From the NCBI RefSeq assembly GCF_036321535.1, contig NC_087436.1, positions 34,226,001-34,286,000 of the forward strand: a DNA stretch of 60,000 nt, in the 5' to 3' direction. Position numbers and translations under genes: made by a program. Source of the stretch: Camelus dromedarius. Lineage: Eukaryota. Below, piece after piece: positions 25,301-40,589 of the stretch (position 1 is its first letter; each line of letters begins with the position of its first letter). The notes beneath the pieces are model-generated. The model saw only the letters and a program-made list of their open reading frames with translations, was not told the origin of the DNA and made no database searches.

Positions 25301-27296
25301 GGTGGCTTCGTAGTCACTACTCATAATTTAAACTTTACTGAGATTAAGCAAAACATTTGACTGTTTTTTACTTCAGAAGGCTGTACAAGGTCATGTTGTG
25401 GGCAGCTTGGGATGACTAACATTTATTAAGCACCTTTTTATGCAAAATATATGCAATTTTAGATATAATTTATATTTGCATTTGCAATAATACTAAAATG
25501 AGGAGATAATATCTTCACTTATAGACCAAATTTTGATTTTCTGCCCAATCCCTTTCCAATAAGCAAAACCATCTTGAATTACTATCAAATCAGGGCTCCA
25601 AATGAGTACTTTTCAGTAGATTTTTAATGGAGTATTTTTAGAATCTGAATATTCTAAATTAACAAGTACCATTAGTAAATTTTATTCTCATTTTGTTCTC
25701 ATTTTCAGAATGTTGGGGGCAATTTTGTTAAGTAAACACTTTATAAATTAAATGTATTAGAAGAAATTACAGTTACTCAGAATATTAATACCAAGTTCAT
25801 AAGGAAATGGAAGACAATATTTAATGAAAATAATTCATAAAAATAAATTTGCACTGCTTTTTCTGTTTTCTCCCCTCTCCCCTCATTCAAATAGCATACA
25901 TTTAATAATCTGGTAGGGTCCTGAAAGCAGGACCATGGATGTAGTGATATCAGTTGATGAAATATCTGAACAGCTAACTCTGATCATGCCAACATAATTA
26001 TTTGGTCACTTTAGAGTGAATCACTATTCTTTTTTTTCTCATAACTGGAAATAGTTCTGTATTTTAAAAGCTGCTTAGATCTTCTTTAATTTAATAAATT
26101 AGAGTGGAGGGGAGAAAAGGCCACTGTATCTGATGCCATTTCAACATGGATTTAAAATATTCCTGAAAACAAATGGAGAATTTTGTCCTTTCCCAAAGAC
26201 TACTTGTTATCCATATTTGTCAGAAAAAAATTAATATTATAAGGTAGCTTCTGTCTTATGCCTTTATGAAATTGGTAATTATAGAGGACACAACATTTTT
26301 GCTTTTAAAATTAATTATGGATTACAGAAAAAAACAACAAAAATACGGAAAAAAGATTTTTAATATCGTTTCTGAAAGTTGCTTATATGTAGTCCAACAA
26401 TAAAAAGTGTTCCCAAAATTTAGTGGCAAAAATACTTCCCTCATTTGATCAGTTTCAGAACTATATAATTACCACATTTTTCATATTTTTTTCTAGATTA
26501 CCATAGAGCCCAGAGGTAAAAACTAATCCTTTAGATCCCAGGCTTCTTCCTTAAAAAAAAAAAAAAATTTCAAAGCATTTATTTTGTTCTTTTGACAAAT
26601 TTTTCTTTTAATACTTGGTTTAATTATTTGGCCAATTCTATTCCTTTTCCAGGGTGAAATATAAATTTTAAGCAGCATGATTTTAACAGGTTGATATAAA
26701 AATCTAAAAATGTTTTAAAATAGTTTTTGTTACCATTTACTTTATCAAAAATCTTTGATAACTGTTGAAGATGGAGGGAACTATGGAGAGATAGTTGGGA
26801 TAAATGAATGAATGAATGAATCAATCAGTCCTTTCATTCCATTACTCTATGTCAAATGTTTTCAAACATTAAGAAAAACTCATTTAATGAACACAAGTGC
26901 TAAATAAACATGCACCTTTCTTGTTATGACATGAGAGTCATATAATTAAATGATAATTCAATTCTGAGAATATCTTAGATGATCAAAAACCAATACTTCA
27001 TCCCAACACAGTCTCATGCCATAGACCTCACAGGTCACAGTATATTGAAGTCCTGGTGTAATCAGGGTTATTACCCACTATATTGAAATATGTGGTAAGT
27101 ATCATCTTTTATCAGTAATTTATTTGTAGAAAAGTTGTTCCCATTTGTTTTTACATTGTTTCTTCAACTTGGGCAGGGATATTTAGAAAAGCAAAGGAGC
27201 CATTTTAAGTACAAGCCTGGCATGTCCTTAAGAATGTATGAGAAATGTGTAAAGTGGAATCTTTATGCACTGGGATATTTTCTTTTCTTCTTTCCC

Positions 27297-27298
27297 TT

Positions 27299-27357
<59 letters not shown>

Positions 27358-27359
27358 TT
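27297..27359. repeat. (TTTA)n tetranucleotide microsatellite
   Basis: About 15 units, directly visible. Confidence 0.95.
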
Positions 27360-27580
27360 CTTTGAGATGAGGTTTTTTTGAGATAAGCATAGTTGTCAGG
27401 AGCAAAAGACAAATGTTACCTGTTTGCTGCTGCTGTTCATCACAAAATTGGTCAGATAATGAATACACATAAATGAACTCAATTTGTACCACAATTCATG
27501 CTTTAACTTTTCCAATTTCCAGCCTGACTGACTGGATATACAACAATAAAACAACTGTTAATGTGGATTAAATGTCTTAC

Positions 27581-27888
27581 CATTCCTGCTCTCCGAGCAA
27601 TCACAGTGTGGAAATGACCATCTGACACCTTCTTCATGGTGGTGAGTTTATAGGTACCACTGCCTAAATTATAAGAGAATCTTAGTCTTTCCTCAGCAAT
27701 TTCAAGGGCCAAAAACTCGGCACGGTCCCCTGTCTGGTTGTCATAGTTGTAAAGCAATAAAGCATGACTTTTAATAGTTGCAAATTTGACATAAATATAG
27801 TTGTTATTGGGGTCCAAGCTGGGAAATTCCATGTATGATAATTCCTCAAATCCGTAACTATTCAACTCGCAGTGTTTTCCAAAGACAC
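27581..27888 (-). CDS. FAT4: FAT4 coding exon, 308 nt (approx. exon 12), laminin G domain 1 N-terminal part
   Basis: VFGKHCELNSYGFEELSYMEFPSLDPNNNYIYVKFATIKSHALLLYNY...HTVIARRAGM; ctacag acceptor, ATG|gtaaga donor. Confidence 0.95.
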
Positions 27889-29029
27889 CTGTAGATGGGA
27901 AAGTTGACAGGTTAACACATCACATTCAAGTGAAGTTTTATTAACGGACTTGAATTAAAACATTTTTCAGTTATAATAATGAATCAGGCTTTAAACAACT
28001 TTTCATTACTCTCCAAAGACTGTCATCTAAAGTTAATTGAAATAAAAAAGAACAATGATCTTTAAGGCATATAAGAAATGATAAACTGGTATAATTATTT
28101 TTCTTTGGCCAATGAGAAAACATATCTAACTGTGCTTCATTTTTAAAAAATTAGACTTAGTGGAATTGAGTAGGTCTGAAGAGCTTTCTTTCCTGGGAAA
28201 TTTTCAAAATCAGTTTGTCAATCTTCTTTCAAGTTTAATATGCTGTGGTTTTCAACCACATTATTTCTTTCATAATATATAATTCTTAAAAACAATTTTA
28301 ATTCAATTAAGGATGGTAAATTTTGTTTTGACCTAAAAAGAAAATCAGCCCCTGTACTTGTGGTATCTTCAAGAGTCGCAAAATTAGGGAAAAGGAATCA
28401 GTGCCTTTAGGAAGAAAATAACCGTTTTAAGTTTGTATCTCTATCTTGTTTTAGACCCTCTTAGGTATGATTTACAGCAGCCTACTTTGAAAATAGCTTT
28501 CTGTTTTTCTACAATCCGGCATTCCCTCTTGTTTGTGCTGGTTCTTTTTCAGACTTGAAAAATGAGTTTTATTGATGTTACGATGCTACGCCAAAATTCT
28601 TTTCCCACAAATATTAGTAGACTGTAGCAAATGATCGGAAAATTAACCCATGCCAATATATCATGACTCTTATTAACTTACAAAGGTTTCATTCCATAAT
28701 TTTGGCTGTACATCTCATGTGAATGCATTAAATTTAGATTCAGGGAATTGTTCTGCTAGAAGAAACCGATGTCATCATTTTACAGAATATTTAGAACTTG
28801 TCCAAGGTCATAGAACCATGGGAGGCAGAGCCAAAATTTGAGGCCAGATCTACTGATTGTCTGGTTGTTTTGACTACATCACATTTTATATCCGAACGTT
28901 CTTTAAATTAAAATAGCCTAAAAGCAGCATGTGTAAAGGCTGAAATAATATTCATTATAAATGAGTAGGAAAATCAAATAATTTATTTTAATCATTTACT
29001 AAAGTTAAAGAAAATATTAAAAATATAGG

Positions 29030-29190
29030 AATTATATGTATTATGCATATCATATATATTATATGTCATATGTTTGTTTATATATCATAAATATATTGAT
29101 CATATAATGTTTATATTTTATATATAATTCATATATATGATAAATTTTCAAGTTTATTTTTTGTTATATATATTATTTATATATACAGAC
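29030..29190. repeat. AT-rich low-complexity / degenerate (TA)n tract
   Basis: Directly visible. Confidence 0.8.
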
Positions 29191-31712
29191 AAAGTAAAGT
29201 TAAATAAAAAGGAAAAATAAAGCATACAAATAAAATAGATTATTAAAGAAACATTTTTACTGTGTGCTCCTTCAGGTCTCTTATGATTAAATTTTAATAA
29301 ATCTACAAAAATGTGCTTCAAATTTGAGTATAAATAAATGTACAAAGTACATAGCTACTCAAAAGATGTTCTACATTTTATTTAAATTAATACTATATTT
29401 TTAAACATGATAACTTTTTATAGAATATATTATCTTTTTAAGGAATTTTGTTATTATTTCTAAACAAAGGTAAATTTTTGTCTTTGAAAAAAAAAATTAA
29501 TGAGGATTTCAAAATTTCCTTCCAAAAGGAATGCCACAAAATGAATCTACATAAAGGTCAAGAGAATTTATTTAAATTACTTCAATAAGAAATATTTTTG
29601 TGTATATGAAGTTATACATGTATATAAAGTTATAACTATAAAGGTTCTCTTTATAAAATCTTAAGCACTTCATGTTTTTTCTAAAACATAACCAAAAAAA
29701 AAAATTTAAAACATTTTTAAGTCCAACCAGCAAATCTTTCACTGATGAGAAAATAAATAGTGCAAAAGTTTTCCCAGTTTCAAAATTACAATTAAGATGA
29801 TCTTTGATACAACACATATTATACAAATAACCTCCAGTTATTTGTTTAAGGCATTCCATCTGCCATTTTTATTTGTTATGTTTCACCTATACTCAATTTG
29901 TGAAGCAAAATAGTTTATCCTTTTAGTTCTATCTCGCTGGTCTCATATCTGCATTGTTTCAAGGTTTTTTGTTCTGTTTTCTTTTATAAGGCTTCTGATC
30001 TCAACTAATGATGTCTATGTTTAAACAATGTTTTTTGTCTTCGCCACTGCAAGGAATGGGGAGAAAATGTGCACTGCTTGCTACATGTGATCTGTCTCTA
30101 TTTTAATTTACGTTATTGTTCTAGTCTCCTTCCCCTGAGGATTTCTGGTATGGTGAGGAGAAGGTTCCTTTGGACACCAAAAAACTTTCAGCCAACAGGC
30201 AATGTCCGTTGTATCAGTTACACTGTAGCAACAATGTGTTCCTATTTGTTATCAGCTATCTCAAATCCTCACATGCACAACTGGAATGCAATGGAATCTT
30301 GAAAAATGTAAAAACATTCATTCAGTCATTTGAAAATAATTTTTCTACTTTTACCTCCAATCTCCTTATCTTTCCATCCAAAACACAAGTTAAACCATGA
30401 AACTTGATTGTGGTTATCTGTAGTAAGCAGCACCCTTTCGGATTATAAGAGATCATGGAAAGAAAGAAATTTTAGGAGATCTAACATTGTGGTTATTTTG
30501 ACCTTGATGATCTTTACTGCTTCAGGGGCATTGTTAGTGAGAATCTCAAAGAAGTTTAAAAAAAAAAAAAAAAAAAAAAGAGAGGCACTGTGAATATCAT
30601 CCTGAAATGAAAATAAAATTGTGTTCTAGTCACTATATCATTTTGGGGTAGTTTTGTTTTGTTTTCATTGTTTGGCTTTAGACAAAGCCCTCGATCTTTG
30701 GGCCTCAGAACCACTGCTAAAATGCATAGCTCACAACTAGGTATTTTTATATTCTGTTTCTCTTTATCATTCTTTTATAGAGTCATGGAATTACTTGAAA
30801 ATGAGTTAAAATTACATTTACTGGTTACTAGAAACCTCCGATTCCTTTCTAAGTTCTATTCTCTACTATATATTGAGATTCACTTTTCAGGTGCATTGTA
30901 GCACTCTAATAAATATGTCCAAGGAAGGACTAGGAAAATATCCTTCTCTCCTGCTAATGGAGAAAGACAGGTCTCTAACTACTGCAGGACTCTGAAGATG
31001 AACACTATATTGTGGAGTGAAGCAGCCTTTAACTAAATGGAATAATCACTGCCCTATGAAACAAACCAAGTTAAAAGGAAAGCTTCCTGCAAAGCTGTTC
31101 TCCTAGTTCTTGGCTGTCTCAGTACCAGGTAACATTTGGGTGAGACCTGGAAGGAATCTTTTAAGTTCATTTCATTATGGTGAATAAATATGTATGTATA
31201 CAAAAAAAACCCTCTTAATTTTCTTCCTCAAAAGAACACATTATTCTGAATGTTAATTAGTTACATGATACTATCTACAAAAAAGTCACGAAAACTGCAT
31301 GTCAAGTTACAAAATCCTTCTAATAGAAGTGGTTGAATTACTGTAAAAAGTAAATGTAAAAAAAACCAAAAGCAAAACAGAACAAAAACAGTTGCACTAT
31401 TCTTAAAGAGTTTTAGTACACAGTGACATCAAATAGCCCTGAAAGGATTTTCATTTGATAAGTTCTAGGCTAATAACATCAAATTCAATTATCTTGGTTG
31501 ACTATTTTTCTAGGAATGATCGAAGCAATATATTCAATGGAATTTCCATAATTAACTTAAAAAATATTAAACCTTTAGATTTTAGTTTGCTAACTGCCTG
31601 TGTAAAACCACTAACATTTTTCTTATTCACTCTTGGACACAACAAAACAGAATTGCTAAACTGTGCACCAGAACAGGTTGATATTTTACATCAATGACTA
31701 AGTTATACTCAC

Positions 31713-31817
31713 CAAATGGACAATGGCAATAGTAAGACTCTACACCACTTTGGCAAGAACCACCATTAAAGCAGGGGTTACATTCACAGTAATTGACTGA
31801 AGATTCACACATTTTCC
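31713..31817 (-). CDS. FAT4: FAT4 coding exon, 105 nt (approx. exon 11), one EGF-like domain
   Basis: [34 protein letters not shown]; tttcag acceptor, TTTG|gtgagt donor; phase 1-1. Confidence 0.95.
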
Positions 31818-34800
31818 CTGAAAAGTATCAAACTCATTAAAAAATATCTTACACATAAATATATTAACACCATTACTGTATAACCATATGTAAAAATCTA
31901 TCATGTGAGACCCTATCTTTGGAGAAAAGAAATATAAGAACACTTTAGTTGACACAAAGAAACTGGAATATTATATCAGACTTCAAAGTCTTGTTTAGTT
32001 GTCCTATTGTAAAGATGTACATTATAATATTTAGGAAGTAATTTACATAATCATCTTGGAAGGAACTCCTGTTTTCAGAGAAATCACAAATGGTGAACAT
32101 ATTTCAATGTTTTCACTGAATTTATTTTCTCTTGTCAATGCCACTTCATTTTTCATATATGATAACTGGAGAGTTGAAACTTTTACAGTATAATTTCACT
32201 GTAGAGATTTCCTTGACTCAGACTTTTCAAAGGCAAGAATTAATTGCATTTAGCTTACTTGTCAAATTACAATCCTTGCACCCTCAAGAAATATTCCTTG
32301 ACTTATATATATACCTGCTGTAAAGCAGAATATAAAAATAAAAAGCACATCATACACATTTTCAAATACTTACTAAGATTTATTCTTTGCTACAGATTAT
32401 GCATGCTTTTTTTTTCTGAAACAATAATACTAACCAGCACATTTTTCAGTGTCTAAAGACTTCTCAAACATTATCTTGTTAATTGAATCAATTATTATTG
32501 ACTGAATGCCTATTATGGGCCAGGAATGCTAGAAGATGAAGTTGTGACCATCAAAAAAGCAGACAAGTATCTTAACATAGTGTTTCCATTTTAGTGGGGG
32601 AAACTGATCCATGCAACAGGAAATATTCACATTTCACAGATGGAGAAGAAGAGGGCCCTGGGGGGAAATCTCTTGCCTAAGAAATTATAAAATTATAGTA
32701 CAGATCATTGTAGGTCAGCTCTGATAATTCAGGCTTCATTCAGACAGCTATGTCATAATCACTGAGTAGGCAAAATTTAGGGTATAAGGCCAGTCCCATC
32801 TGTGTTCTGTTACTGCGGTAGTCTATGGTTTTTTTTTTCATGCAAATGTAAATTTGTTCTAATACCACTGTTCTATAACTTTAAATTATTGTAATAATTT
32901 AACACATTTGTTAGAGTAGTTTTTAGTTTTCCAATTTGAAGAAATGAGATGTTTCTTAATTTCTTAATAAATTTCTTTATTTCTTATGAAATTAAGTAGT
33001 AGAGAAATTTTTTAAAGTTCTTAATTTCCATTCATTGGCAAAAAGGAGAGTTTATTTCTGTAAAGCTATTTCCTACTTCGCAGCATGACAGCACTAATGC
33101 CTTCATTAAATGTCTCATGACATTTTATATGCACAATTAGACATTGTTGTGCATAGGTAATCTATTTCATCATAATAACTATGCTTAAAACACAATCAAA
33201 GTTTTTGTTTAATTTAGTTCTGCTTTTGTGGCTTGATTTTGTAGCCACAGTTGTTCTGATTTGAAATCATAAGTGAGTCAGCTTTCATGACATTGCTAAC
33301 TGAACACAATTTTCTACATCATGGGGTCATAAACACATTTTTTCTTTTATAAATAAAACCGGGAACCTACTTTCAAGGCAAAACAGTAAAAATTCAGAAT
33401 ACCCTTCCATGCTAAGGGGAAATAACGAAAATAAACAAGTTACTAATTTAGAGGCACAGGAATTCGGCTTTAAGTATGGTGGCAATGTGTCACACTGGAG
33501 AAACAGGCAGGGAGAAATTTATTCTGAGCCTGTACAAGCCGTCACACCAGAGAGATGCTGTGTCGTAGGAGGACTCACTTCTCTGATATTTCCTAACTGG
33601 ATTTGTGACAGATTGTTCTATAGAAGTGTATTTTTATTTTCTTAATACAATATCAGTATCACTCAGTAGAGAATCAAATAAGACCTATTGGCTGTACTAT
33701 TGATTATTTATTTGCTATCAGGAAAGTCACAGCCCATTCATTCCATTTTCTTCCCACTGTAAGATTATTCATAATTTTCACATGTGTTCCTGGACTAAGT
33801 AAGGTTTTATTTTCTTCCTTTCCTTTCTTTTTTGAAAATTTCTTTTAGAGTTTGTTAAAAGTAGAATATATTAAGTACATAGATTAATATACTTTGCAGG
33901 TGTGGTCAGTATAACCTTCATATTGTGAAAACCTGTACATGGGTTACAAAATCACAAACTTCACCTCCTGAACTGTAAATGGGGAACAAAGGCTAATCAA
34001 TTTAGGGGGCGTGGTCAGGTACACTTAAATATTTGGACATAGGCACTCTCCGAGAAAAATCTATGAGTATAAAAACCCAAATCATTGATCCCATCAGTCT
34101 CAACTATACACTTTTTTGAATCCTGTTGGGAAAGACCACCTTAACATCTTGGTTTGAACAACAACAAAAGAAATTTAGATTTTTAAAAACAAATTTATAT
34201 AAATTAGCTATCTTATTTACCTCTTACCAAATAAGATTTTAACACAGACATCTGAGTTTAATTCAAATATATACTATAGGCTATTTCAGGTAGTCCCAAT
34301 TAAGAGGTGGAAAGAAACCCCCAAAATTAATAAAACTTACTCATGTATTAAAATATATACCAACTATAAATAGAAGCAGCTACAAACTGAGAACACAGTA
34401 GTTTGAAAGTGAATTTCTTTCAAAAGCTAAAATAAATTATCAATAGAGATTGATTCTTTGAGTATACAACAATATAAATACTGGTAGGAGAAAAAAATTC
34501 AACTCTTCATTTGACATGTTACTTTAAGCCAGAGTTTCATTTTCTTATTTGGCAAAAATATAAGAAATGACTTTTCTAGGAGTTATATAAATGAATTTAT
34601 TGTTGAGTTTGAATAAAATAGTCTTATTTGTTGGTGTTAGAGTATGTAAATTGTCCACCATTCAAAAATTTAGTTTGAGTACTCCATTTAACGAGTAACA
34701 TATTTATTTTACAATTAGTAAATTTTAAAGAGGTTGCCATACTAGAGTCAAAGACAGTTTTAAAACTCAATGTTGCAATTTGAATTATTATTAAGAGAAC

Positions 34801-37715
34801 TTTTTTCTTTTGTGTGAGGGAAAGAGGTCATAATTTTAGTTAGAATCAAAAGAAAGCCTTTAAATGCACATTTCTATGGTTTGGACAGTTTATGCTCTAT
34901 TACCCAATTAGAAGTCAGCAAAAAATTCTGTATTGTTCTGTGCACAACTATCTACTGAAATTTGAGCATCAGTGGCATGATGATTATCAGAGAATGTAGC
35001 AGTTTGAATCACTCTAACATGCTTCTGGTAAAAACCATCTGATGTGTTGGAGCACCGTGAAACAAAATTTTGGATCATTAACTTAATTAATGCTGCAAGT
35101 CAGTTCACAATATTTGTAGTGCCTTGAGGCTTGGAAGTATGCTGACAGGGCTTGCACAAAGAAAGGCATTTATGTCTCTTGAACTCAAGGAGCCTTTTTC
35201 TATTAAGTGATGTTAACTGTCAGAGCAGAGGTTTAGAAGAATAAACTGATCTCATTGCTTTGACATTCATCAATTAATTGTGCTGGTATGCATTATTTAT
35301 TAGAGATAGACAGAGATGTGCTTCAGGAAGTGTAAGCTCTTAGCACATGGAGAATGGGAATTGTTGAAGAGGAAAATGAATGCATAATAGGAGGACAAAG
35401 TATCTACAGACTTTCCAAGATTCCAGTTTAAACCTGCAGGAGAAATTTAGCACGTGTCGTCATGTTCTGGGGCAGAAGGTGTGATGAAGTGTTGAACATA
35501 AATTGGGTCTGATGTGATCATCTATGGTCTTTTCAACAAAGATAGATATTCAAGTTTCACTTGTTCCAATAGCACATTTTAATGCTGGATTATGTAGAGT
35601 CAAGCTAAATTTATTCTTACCTGTTAAATTTAGCCACCCTATGGGGATATGATGATTTTGGATATCCTATAGTTCACATAGGCTTCAATTTAATGAAGTC
35701 AGATATGTATTAGATTACCACAAGTATTATTTTTGTATCTTGTATTTACTTGCAGAGAAGAAGGAAGTCTATGAGGAACTAACAAAGTCCACCTTATATA
35801 TAAATTGATTATTTCATTAACAAATATAATTCCACAATATATGTATGCTATTTAACTGGACATTGATGCTTATAAGCTTTTTTAAAATTATTTTAGCAGA
35901 AAGTAATGTTTTTTGCTTGATTTGTAAATAGTTTCTATTATTGTGAAAGGCACTATGAAGATAGCTCATCTAAATATCTTGATAGAATAGCATTGTGGTT
36001 TTTTAAATGGAAATCAAGCAAAAATATTATGTAAATATTATGTCTGAATAAGGGATGCTACTAATAAGGAAAAAAATTGTTTTACTTCCTATTTTAAAGC
36101 ATGAACAATCTCAGTGAAACTACAAATGATTATGTATAATGACACACATTATATCCTCAATAAGTTTACAAATACATGCTACAGAAATAAGCGTTTAAGC
36201 TGCTAGACACCTGCTATTCATGCTTTAAAAAGTTAATGTATCATGTAAGGTAAACCGTGTTAATCCAATCTTGGAAATAAAATCAAAACAAGAATTGAGC
36301 CCTTTATCCTCTCTTGAATAGTCTTCTGTATTTCACAGAAATTTTCATTTCATATCTAGTCACTAAAGTTTGTTTATTCTTTGGTTTCCTGGTCACATGA
36401 TCACTGACAACGTTAATACATGACTGCTGTGAGTTTAGAAGAATGACTCTCAGTCACTACTCCCATCTTCGTGAAAGCAAACGTTTGCCAAGTTTCTGGG
36501 TGGAATTACTATGCACAACCTGTAAATAACTTCACAGGCCTGGAAACAAAATTCCTATTTATACTGTCAAGTGACATAAAAGTGATGAATGGACAAATCT
36601 CATCCTCTCCTGAAATAGCAGGACTTACTAGAGAGCAGAGGAAAACTTCTCCATGTGGGAATAAATCCCTGACTTCACTCCAAATACCACACCTAAAATG
36701 CATCCAGATGTGTGAAAGGGAATAGGAAAGGTTAAAGGGACTTTGAACTAATTCAGTCATGAGAGACCCAGATTTAGAAATAAGTTCCATATACATGCTG
36801 CCCTTTACAGCACCATTCATTCTGCGGAAGGGCACAATGCCGGATACGCAGCGAACAGAAAAGCTGGGGGCAGGAAGACAAATGCTGGGTGGTTACTGAC
36901 TGTAACTATGCTTTCTAATTAATATTCTGTCAAATGCAAGAAACTTTCATTTGTACAGGAAAAGAGATACTAGATTTGTAATTATTAGGCTGGTGTTTTC
37001 CTCCAGGACTCCCTGAACTTCTGAGGCACAAAGGATATGAAAGATACTTTCTTTTGATTTACTGGGGCATATTGACAGTTGATGTAGTTTTTATACTATT
37101 AAGTTTTGTGAAAATCTAGAAATTAATTTTTCACATGTTCTAGACTGTCTTAAAATTTATTCATCTATTCTAATGTACCCTATATATAGCTAATCAACGC
37201 TCCATTTAGTGATGGAAAATTAAATTACAGGAATGTTTTCTCAACCCTGAAACATGAAGTTATTGTAACTGAAAATGAAGTCTCCCTAATTTTTTTTTCA
37301 ATTTCTTTTTGGTTCTTTTTCTAGGAACTAAGAAAAACTGATCCAAAAAACAAGTTATACAAACAAATTTGCTTACTCTAAATCAGTTATTAAATAAAAA
37401 TATTCTTATTACATATTTATTATGTGAGTCTATCATCACAAACTTGAAAGTAAATAGTTAAAAAATATGAGGAATATGGTGGCAGTATGATAATATGCAT
37501 ATCATTTATTTTTTATTGTGGTCATTAGGTAATTTTCATTTTTATACTTGGATCCTTACAGGATGGTCTCCAGAAAAAAAATCCCTGTTCAGCTAATACT
37601 TAATCATTTCTTGTGAAGGATTCTTAGGATAAAGCCTCTCAACTTGCATCAATTCATAAACACTTACTCTTCTAATCTTTAGCACAATTTCAAAATGCAC
37701 ATGAAATACTCAGTT

Positions 37716-37766
37716 TTGTGTGTGAGAGAGAGAGAGAGGGAGAGAGGGAGGGAGGGAGAGAGGGGG
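37716..37766. repeat. (TG)n(GA)n(GGGA)n compound microsatellite
   Basis: Directly visible. Confidence 0.9.
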
Positions 37767-38522
37767 ACACTGGCTGAGATTGATCTTAAGCAAAAAGTTC
37801 AGAAAAATCTCACTGCTCCCATTTGTCATGCCACAGACTTTAAAAAGCATTGAAAACAATGTAGAGAAAGTCCACAAAAGGAAATAGCATATGAAAATAA
37901 AGTGCTTTGAAATAATTCTGATGATCAAAAAAATTTTTAATATATAGAAGAAGGCTTTGAAGAAGGCTTCACTAAAGAACTAGTACTTAATGTGAACAGA
38001 AGTAAAATCTAGCTAGAATGAATGTTTAAAAATTTATTCTGTGAGGCACACGTGTTCTTAAGTGTGAATTTGGTCTTAGAGCCTATCAGTTCAGATAGGT
38101 TTCTTAAGATGTTTTGGTGCATTAACTCCAACTTCCTGAATCAGGTTATCTGGTAAAGATTAGCTGGAAAACAGTAACTCAAAATGATCCTTCAGGGATT
38201 ACCTTTCCAATGAACATTAAACATATACAGACATTTAAACAATATATTCCTAATTTAGTGTATGAATTAATAATTTCTCACTATGATTTTTGTTATGCTG
38301 TATTCTGTAAAACAAAACAAAGAAACGAAACTATCAGACTTTAATTATCTGCTAGCTTTAGAGGGTGGACTATGTGTATAGATTGGAAACAAAGAACTAC
38401 ATGAATTAAAAACTGTAAGATATGTATGAATTATTCAATTTTATATTTGTTTACATCATTCCTGATCAATTGGGTATGTCCAACTATGCAGACAGAGACT
38501 ACAGTCAGTTCTGAGGAGATGA

Positions 38523-39610
38523 TGAACCAGGCTCCCTGCCTTCAGACTATCCTACAAAGCTACAGTAATCAAAGACAGTATGATACTGGAACAAAAATAG
38601 ATACATAGATCAATGGAACAGGATAGAAAGCCTAGAAATAAACTCAGTCAATATGATCACATAATCTATGACAAAGGAGGCAAGAATCTCCAATGGAGAA
38701 AAGATAATTTCTTCAGTAACTGGTGCTGGGAAAACTGGACAGCTACACATGAAAGAATGAAATTAGAACATCCTCTAACACCATATACAAAAATAAACTC
38801 AAAATGGATCAAAGACCTAAATGTAAGACCAGACAGCATAAAACTGGAGGAAAACATAAGCAGAACACTCTTTGACATAAATTGCAGCAGTATTTTGTAG
38901 AACCAAATAATGGAATGGAAATAAAAACAAAAATAAACAAGTGGGACCTAATAGAAATAAAAACAAAAATAATCAAATGGGACCTAATTAAACTTAAAAG
39001 CTTTTGCACCGCAAAGGAAACCATGAACAAAACAAAAAGACAACCTACGCAATGGGAGAAAATATTTTCAAATGATAGACCAACAAGGGATTAATTTCCA
39101 AAATTTACAAACAGTTCATACAGCTTAATATCAAAAAACAAACAACTCAATCAAAAAATGGGCAGAAGACCTAAATCGACATTTCTCCAAAGAAGACATC
39201 CAGATGGCCAACAGGCACATGAAAAGATGCTTAACATCCCTAATTATTAGAGAATTGCAAGTCAAAACTACAATGAATTATCCGCACACACCAGTCAGAA
39301 TGGCCATCATTTAAAAAGTCTACAAATAATAAATGCTGGAGAGGCTGTTGAGGAAAAGGAAGCCTCCTACGCTGCTGGTGGGACTGTAAATTGGTGCAGT
39401 CGCTATGGAGAACAATATGGAGGTTTCTTAAAAATCTAAAAATAGAGTTAATATATGATCCAGCCATCCCATTCCTGGGCATATATCCTAAGAAAACTAT
39501 AATTTGAAAAGATACATTCACCTCAATGTTCATAGCAGCACTATTTATAATAGCTAAGACATGGAAGCAACCTAAATGTCTGTTAGCAGATGACTGGATA
39601 AAGAAGAGGT

Positions 39611-39663
<53 letters not shown>

Positions 39664-40100
39664 GGACTATTACTCAGCCATAAAGAAAGAATGAAATAAT
39701 GCCATTTGCAGCAACATGGATGGACCTAGTGATTATCATTCTAAGTGAGTTAGAGAAAGACTAAAATCCTATGATATCACTTATATGTGGAATCTAAAAA
39801 ATGATATAAATGGACTTATTAACAAAACAGAAACAGACTCACAGGCATAGACAACAAAATTATGGTTATCAAAGAGTAAGCAGGAGAGGGATGAATTAGG
39901 AGTAGTACAGGATTAATATATATACACTACTGTATACAAAATAGATAACCAACAAGGACCTACTCAAGATCTTTAATAACCTATAATGGAATAGAATCTG
40001 AAAAAGAATAGGTATGTATGTACGTATAACTGAATCACTTCACTGTACACCTGAAACCAACACAACAGTGTAAATCAACTACACTTCACTTAAAGAAAAA
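38523..40100 (+). mobile_element. 5'-truncated LINE-1 (ORF2 C-terminal remnant plus 3'UTR), antisense to FAT4, frameshifted
   Basis: ORF fragments WCWENWTAT...[19 protein letters not shown] and [16 protein letters not shown]...QPTQWEKIF are L1 ORF2 C-terminal motifs; typical 3'UTR and short A-rich tail; no clear TSD seen. Confidence 0.95.
39613..39661. repeat. (CA)n microsatellite inside the L1
   Basis: About 24 units, directly visible. Confidence 0.95.
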
Positions 40101-40124
40101 GAGTATCTTTCTATGTCAGATAGT

Positions 40125-40490
40125 CTCTGTTGACACTCAGTGCCATTCCTTTCCTTGTGTATTGCAGGGCCTGGAAGTCAGAAAACTCTTCTCTTTCCAG
40201 ATCCCTTTGCAGCAGGACTGAGGTGTAGGTTCTGCCTGTGGGTGAGAGGTGAATGACAGCTGAAAGGTGAGACCAAAGCAGGGACTGTTCTCCCGGGAAC
40301 CACTCACGGCAGCTCTGCAGGTGGACAAGGGGTTTCTGGAAATATCTGCAATGTCCTTATTGCTGAGGTTACTGGTGAATTTTCCTGTCCTTTTCCCTTA
40401 GCCAGTTTGCAGATTTTGTAAGCTATTTGTTTGTATTAAATACCCTCCTACCTCAAAGACCTCAAGCAATTTCAGTCCCTGACTGGTCTT
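40125..40490 (+). mobile_element. ERVL-type solo LTR (LTR33/LTR16-like), degraded
   Basis: gaaaactcttctctttccagatccctttgcagcagg and tttgtaagc...tgtattaaataccctcctacctcaaagacc resemble my recollection of LTR33/LTR16 consensus. Confidence 0.55.
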
Positions 40491-40589
40491 GGACCAGTAC
40501 TTTTCTCATAGGCTTTCTGTGAGGATTAAGTAGAATAATGGATAGAAAACTCTTAGAAGACAATACTCTCTAGCAAGTCCAGATTGAAG

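Noticed and set aside
34977..35042. C/D-box snoRNA-like ATGATGA...CTGA
   Set aside because: Antisense to the host gene, no convincing terminal stem or recognisable guide; such motifs are common by chance.
38613..39094. ORFs with L1 ORF2 motifs as an active retrotransposon
   Set aside because: 5'-truncated and frameshifted, lacking endonuclease and RT core; a dead copy.
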